In this document: one piece after another, positions 35,642-39,607 of the stretch
Numbering within the stretch: the stretch's first letter is position 1
Layout of the letters: every line of letters starts with the position of its first letter
NCBI GenBank assembly: GCA_043745825.1
Contig: JAYTSB010000523.1
Coordinates: forward strand, 1 to 39,607
Reading direction: 5' to 3'
DNA: 39,607 nucleotides
From: Actinomycetota bacterium
GTDB lineage: Bacteria > Actinomycetota > Acidimicrobiia > Acidimicrobiales > Ilumatobacteraceae
Notes under the pieces: model-generated
Databases searched by the model: none
What the model was told of the DNA's origin: nothing
Seen by the model: the letters and a program-made list of their open reading frames with translations, nothing else
Program-made: the position numbers and the translations under genes

Positions 35642-36333
35642 GCCGGCGAGTCTACTCGCCACTCTCCGTCTCTGGGTGCCAGCTATGGCTCGACGCGCGC
35701 GCGGTCACGAGCCTGTTCACCACCACGGCGGAAACGACGCAGTGCACGAACACGTCGAACGTCGGACGATGGAAAGACCTCAGCGGCAACGCTCGCCACT
35801 GCGACCAGGCGACCGCGACGCAGTTCCCGCTGTACCAAACCGCAGGGCTCAACTCTAAGGCCTCAGTGCGCTTCGATGGCGTCAACGACCGGCTGGTATC
35901 ATCGGCCTTCACGCTTGCGCAGCCGTGCACGATCGTGATCGTGGGATATGGGTCGGTTGCTGGCGGTTACTACGTAGACGGAACCACCGGCAATTCACGC
36001 GTGGTGGTCCACGACACTGGCACGACGGTCGGCGTGTACGCCGGAACAGCATTCATCACCACGCCGGTCGCTAACATGACGACCCCGCGCTTCTACCTCG
36101 GGCACTTCAATGGGGCATCGAGCTTCATGCGACAGAACTCCACGGAGGGCGCGACTGGCAACGCTGGGGCCGCCGTGGAGACCGCTGGACTCACGATCGG
36201 CGACTACGGCGCGACCGTCTCCGGCGGCCCGCTAAACGGCGACATAGCCATGGTAGCGGCCTACAACAAGGCGCTCTCGACCGCTGAAAAGTCATTCCTC
36301 CAAAAATACTGCACCGAGCGCTACGGCACGTGA
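35638..36333 (+). CDS. LamG/concanavalin-A-like lectin domain protein (copy 1)
   Basis: QLWLDA...VGRWKDLSGNARH...PLYQT...VRFDG.ND.L...PLNGDIAMVAAYNKALSTAEKSFLQKY follows the Laminin_G_3 pattern. ATGA overlap with the fiber gene. Confidence 0.7.
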   Translation: MSRRVYSPLSVSGCQLWLDARAVTSLFTTTAETTQCTNTSNVGRWKDLSGNARHCDQATATQFPLYQTAGLNSKASVRFDGVNDRLVSSAFTLAQPCTIVIVGYGSVAGGYYVDGTTGNSRVVVHDTGTTVGVYAGTAFITTPVANMTTPRFYLGHFNGASSFMRQNSTEGATGNAGAAVETAGLTIGDYGATVSGGPLNGDIAMVAAYNKALSTAEKSFLQKYCTERYGT

Positions 36334-36419
36334 GCCGCTCGGTGCGCCAGTCATCGCCGGCCGCTGTCGTGCGCTGAACAAATCACCAAGCCCAGCAATG
36401 GGAGAACAGGAATACCATC

Positions 36420-36872
36420 ATGGCTCGTTGGTCCGCAGTTGGCAACAAGGGCGCCGCAAGCGTCAAGTCCGTCCTCACCCTCACCGCGGCAGCTGCATCC
36501 ATGCGGCGCGCCAAGGTGTACGACTGGACGATGGGCAGCTCATCGGCGCCCGCAGACAACACCTTCACCCACATCGCGCAGAGGCAGACCGCGGCAGCCA
36601 CTGGCGCCGCAGTAGTCCCGAGCTCGCTCGACCCTGCTGACACGCTGGCGACGACCATCATCGGACTGGACACGGTGACCGTAGACGGCACGCTGACCGC
36701 GGCCACGATCGTCTTCCGGAAGGCGCTCAACCAGCGCGCGACGTTCCGCTGGGTGGCAGCTCCCTACGGTGAGCTCATCATCCCCGCAACGGCAAGCAAC
36801 GGGTTCATGTTCGGCGTGTCGGCGGCGACCACGAATACCTTCGATTACGATGTACATTTTGAAGAGTACTGA
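36420..36872 (+). CDS. Beta-rich hypothetical protein (150 aa) ending ...HFEEY
   Basis: agga RBS, strong coding bias, no recognised family. It is possibly related to 38684-39307. Confidence 0.55.
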   Translation: MARWSAVGNKGAASVKSVLTLTAAAASMRRAKVYDWTMGSSSAPADNTFTHIAQRQTAAATGAAVVPSSLDPADTLATTIIGLDTVTVDGTLTAATIVFRKALNQRATFRWVAAPYGELIIPATASNGFMFGVSAATTNTFDYDVHFEEY

Positions 36873-36878
36873 TCGGCC

Positions 36879-37109
36879 ATGCCGGCCATCAGCCTACACG
36901 TAGCGCGCGACGAAAACGTGTTTGACGCCGTGCGCGAGGCGTCGAAGGGCGCCGAGCTGGAACATCGTCACGACTTCGAGGCGTTGGCGAGCGCGGTAGC
37001 CACATTGGTCGGGCGCGGCCCGGCGAACGTGACTATCGCGTTTGCCACCGACCCCGACGAAAACGTTACCGAGCGCCTTTCGATCGCCATAGACTCAACG
37101 AAGGAATGA
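36879..37109 (+). CDS. Hypothetical small acidic protein
   Basis: 76 aa, tightly packed between neighbours. Confidence 0.45.
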   Translation: MPAISLHVARDENVFDAVREASKGAELEHRHDFEALASAVATLVGRGPANVTIAFATDPDENVTERLSIAIDSTKE

Positions 37110-37113
37110 CATC

Positions 37114-37389
37114 ATGCGGAAACCACAAGGCTACGGCATCACCATCGAGCCTCCGAGTGCTACATCCCCCGGGAGCACGCTTGAGGAGGACTCCTTCACG
37201 TGCTGTCACTGCAACGCCGTGGTTTTCGTGAAGCCGCGGCAGGACCCGTCCGAGGCGGGCGGGTTCTGCGGGCTCTGTCATTCGCACATTTGCCCGCACT
37301 GCGCTGGCACAGGGGCTTGCGATCCGTTCGAGCGCAAGCTCCTTAGGATGGAGTCGCGCGAGCGCCTTTTGCTGGCACTTGGAGCGTAG
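37114..37389 (+). CDS. Cys-rich zinc-ribbon-like mini-protein
   Basis: CCHC...(21 aa)...CGLCHSHICPHCAGTGAC; aagga RBS. Confidence 0.5.
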   Translation: MRKPQGYGITIEPPSATSPGSTLEEDSFTCCHCNAVVFVKPRQDPSEAGGFCGLCHSHICPHCAGTGACDPFERKLLRMESRERLLLALGA

Positions 37390-37392
37390 CCG

Positions 37393-37947
37393 ATGGCTGA
37401 TAACACAGTCCTCAATCTCGGCAGCGGCGGCGACACGATCCTCACGGAGCAGTGCGGCGTCGAGACCTTCAAGACACCGGTAACCAAGATCCGACTCGGC
37501 ACGCTAGACGTGAACGGCGGCGACGTGACGCCGGACAACCCGTTCCCGGTGAGCAGCATGTCGCTGCTCGCGCAGTTCGAGACGCTCAACCTCGCCGTGC
37601 GCGAGTTGATCGACGCCGTCAACAGCGGGCTGGTCCTGTCGCCGAACCGCCCGGTGCAGGTCACGCCATCGCAGTCGCCGGCGGCGCCCGCAGTGACGCA
37701 GGTGGTGTCCAGCGCTTCCAGCGTCACGCTCCTGCCGTACCGCTTTGGGCGCCTTGGCGTGGCAATCTACAACGACTCGACACAGATACTGTACTTGAAG
37801 CTCGGGGCCACGGCGGCCACCACGAGCTACACGGTGCAGGTGCTCGCAGGCGGGTACTACGAGGTCCCGCCGGCGTTCCTCACATCGCGCATCGACGGGA
37901 TCTGGGTGAGCGCCAACGGCAACGCCTATGTCACTGAGATTGCCTGA
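37393..37947 (+). CDS. Fiber-like virion protein candidate
   Basis: The N-terminus MADNTVLNLGSGGDTILTE...KIRLGTLDVNGGDVTPDNPFPV and C-terminus GVAIYNDSTQILYLKLGATAATTSYTVQVLAGGYYEVP...IDGIWVSANGNAYVTEI resemble motifs I recall from phage structural proteins. The family name is not recalled. Confidence 0.5.
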   Translation: MADNTVLNLGSGGDTILTEQCGVETFKTPVTKIRLGTLDVNGGDVTPDNPFPVSSMSLLAQFETLNLAVRELIDAVNSGLVLSPNRPVQVTPSQSPAAPAVTQVVSSASSVTLLPYRFGRLGVAIYNDSTQILYLKLGATAATTSYTVQVLAGGYYEVPPAFLTSRIDGIWVSANGNAYVTEIA

Positions 37948-38675
37948 TGCCTCTCTCGGGGCCGTACAGCCGAAGCCGCGCGAGCGGCCTGGTCAACCTC
38001 CCGCCGTACGACATCGCCGGACTCGCCCTGTTCTTGTGGTCACGGCGTTCGTGTTTTACTGACAACACAGAGGCCACGCTGTGCACGCAGGGCGCAAACG
38101 TGGGCCGCTTCGGTGACCTAAGTGGCAACGCGCGCCCAGCGGATCAGGTCACGGCCACGAAGTTCCCGCTGTATCAAACATCAGGCATCAACTCTGGCCC
38201 ATCGGTGCGCTTCGACGGTACGAACGACTTCCTGATCACGGCGGCGTGGACCATAGCGCACCCGTGTACCATCGTGCTCGTCGGCTTCTCGAATGCCATC
38301 AACGGCTACTGGGTGGACGGGCGCACAGGCAACACGCGTGTGGTCGTGAACACCTCCACCACGGACATCTCCTGCTACAGCGGCGTTGGGTTTGTGCCTG
38401 TGACCATCGCTGACCTGGCCACGCCGCGCTTCTACGCCGCCACATTCAACGCGGCATCGTCGGTGATGCGTCAGAACGGCACCGCAGGGACGCCGGCTGA
38501 CGCTGGCGACTTGGCGGAGCTCGCCGGCTTCATCGTCGGCGACTACGGACTCACTCAGCCAACGCAGCCGCTCAACGGCGACATCTCGGCCATCTGCATC
38601 TACAACCGCGTCTTGGCAGCTGCCGAGATTGGCTATCTGCAATCGTTTTTCAAGCGCGATTTCGCGCTTGCATAG
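37947..38675 (+). CDS. LamG/concanavalin-A-like lectin domain protein (copy 2, paralog of 35638-36333)
   Basis: Alignable over its full length with copy 1, with shared runs DLSGNAR, FPLYQT, SVRFDG, PCTIV, RVVV, TPRFY and PLNGDI. The start overlaps the upstream stop by 1 nt. Confidence 0.7.
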   Translation: MPLSGPYSRSRASGLVNLPPYDIAGLALFLWSRRSCFTDNTEATLCTQGANVGRFGDLSGNARPADQVTATKFPLYQTSGINSGPSVRFDGTNDFLITAAWTIAHPCTIVLVGFSNAINGYWVDGRTGNTRVVVNTSTTDISCYSGVGFVPVTIADLATPRFYAATFNAASSVMRQNGTAGTPADAGDLAELAGFIVGDYGLTQPTQPLNGDISAICIYNRVLAAAEIGYLQSFFKRDFALA

Positions 38676-38683
38676 GAGACACC

Positions 38684-39307
38684 ATGGAAATTCAGGGGAC
38701 AGTCGGACCGCAGGTTCTCGCCGATGGCGCCGTTCGCAACATTCGACAGGGCAAGGCCGGAGAATCCATCATCCAGGACGCTCACGCGCGCCTTTACGAG
38801 GCGGTCTCGCGTGGCGCTGTGTGGACGGCTGCCAACGCAGTCGCTGGCGTGGCGCACGGCACGGCGTTCGGCACCGCCCCGCCATTCTCGATATACAACC
38901 CACCCCTCAGCGGCAAGAACATCGTGCTTTGGCAGATTTCGATGGGGTACGTCTCCGGCACGGTCGGCGCAGGCTCGGTTCTGATTGGATCGGCGGCACA
39001 GACCACCACCCCGACGGGAGGATCCGTGCTCACCCCAAAGAACAACCTGATCGGCAGCGCGGCGGCATCTGCGACGGTGTGCAACTCAGGCAGCACGCTC
39101 GCGCTGACTCCGACGATCGTGCGGCCGGCATTCATGTTGTTTCCGGTGCTGGCCACGACGGCGATCCCGTACCCGCTCCCCAAGGAGATGCTCGACGGTG
39201 AGATCATGGTGGCGCCCGGTCAGGTGCTCGTGCTCCAGGGCGTTGGCACAGGCGGCACCACTCCGCTCATGATCTTCTCAGCCACATGGGAAGAGACGCC
39301 GATCTGA
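38684..39307 (+). CDS. Beta-rich hypothetical protein (207 aa) ending ...ATWEETPI
   Basis: aggag RBS, strong coding bias, motif IYNPPLSGKNIVLWQISMGY. Confidence 0.55.
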   Translation: MEIQGTVGPQVLADGAVRNIRQGKAGESIIQDAHARLYEAVSRGAVWTAANAVAGVAHGTAFGTAPPFSIYNPPLSGKNIVLWQISMGYVSGTVGAGSVLIGSAAQTTTPTGGSVLTPKNNLIGSAAASATVCNSGSTLALTPTIVRPAFMLFPVLATTAIPYPLPKEMLDGEIMVAPGQVLVLQGVGTGGTTPLMIFSATWEETPI

Positions 39308-39374
39308 TTCTGATGTGACGCCGCGTCCACGACTGGCCGCGGATGAGGAGGCACCAGCGAAAGGGCGAGCGTAG

Positions 39375-39607
39375 ATGAGCTTCCTACTGTGGCAGCTCAA
39401 TCTGCAAAACCAGACGGTGCCAACTGGCCCCGTGCCAGTGGTGCCGCTCTCGGTCCATCGTCCGCGGTTCGACGTACGCGATCATCAGTCGTTCGTCATC
39501 CCAGAGCCCTCCCCGCTCGCCTCTGTCACCTTCCCCGACCGAGTCGATCGCCCCGGCGTTCGCGCCGCTGACCAGTACGTCGCGCCGACGCTCCCTCAGC
39601 AGCCCGA
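39375..39607 (+). CDS. Partial CDS running out of the window (Pro-rich N-terminus)
   Basis: ATG 39375 follows aaagggcgag. The frame is open to the window end with mostly G/C third positions. It is absent from the track, presumably because it has no stop. Confidence 0.4.
   Translation, partial: MSFLLWQLNLQNQTVPTGPVPVVPLSVHRPRFDVRDHQSFVIPEPSPLASVTFPDRVDRPGVRAADQYVAPTLPQQP

Larger units (their letters stand above)
1..39607 (+). mobile_element. Tailed-phage/prophage segment (myovirus-type, Mu-like head and Mu/P2-like tail-baseplate modules); both ends run out of the window
   Basis: Colinear terminase, portal, protease-scaffold, capsid, sheath, tube, tape measure, baseplate and fiber genes on one strand, with pervasive 1-4 nt start-stop overlaps. 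Confidence 0.85.

Noticed and set aside
35638-38675. Diversity-generating retroelement (VR/TR pair) involving the two LamG genes
   Set aside because: The differences are spread over the whole genes and are not confined to adenine positions of a short C-terminal tract. No reverse transcriptase ORF is present in the window.

Overview
The window is almost entirely one plus-strand, tightly packed, high-GC tailed-phage or prophage segment. Third-codon positions are strongly G/C, and many genes are linked by ATGA/GTGA start-stop overlaps. All assignments come from reading the translations and from remembered family motifs; no searches were run.

Gene order:
- 0-8.7 kb: early/replication module. It holds a DnaC/IstB-like loader, a stand-alone DnaA domain-IV-like protein, a RusA-like protein, an HTH regulator, and a long run of small ORFans.
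- 8.7-9.0 kb: the largest non-coding gap.
- 9.0-17 kb: packaging and a Mu-like head. This comprises a small terminase candidate, large terminase, DUF935/Mu gp29-like portal, Mu gpI-like protease-scaffold fusion, a DUF2190-like decoration protein and the major capsid.
- 17-19 kb: neck (DUF1320/Mu gp36-like, HK97 gp10-like).
- 19-24 kb: contractile tail (sheath, hairpin terminator, tube, chaperone, tape measure).
- 24-31 kb: Mu/P2-like baseplate (N-like, P/gpD-like, gp45/V, gp46/W-like, gp47/J, gp48/DUF2313).
- 31-39.6 kb: an unusually long fiber/host-range region.

Only one convincing minus-strand gene exists, a Cys-rich lipoprotein at 33196-33861 embedded among the fiber genes. No integrase, repressor, transposase, lysis cassette, tRNA, rRNA or CRISPR array is visible, so the element probably extends beyond the window.

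Most noteworthy:
- A Pro/Leu-rich tandem-repeat ORF sits inside the baseplate operon, and its middle repeat is recoded only synonymously.
- A distal block at 36.4-39.6 kb contains a second LamG paralog, two possibly related beta-rich proteins, a Cys-rich mini-protein and a fiber-like protein.
- The antisense lipoprotein looks like a moron.
- A DnaA-domain-IV-only protein is coupled to a loader with a degenerate Walker A.
- A 9-aa motif is shared by the protease-scaffold N-terminus and an internal site of the capsid ORF.

I could not identify a defined new system with confidence.
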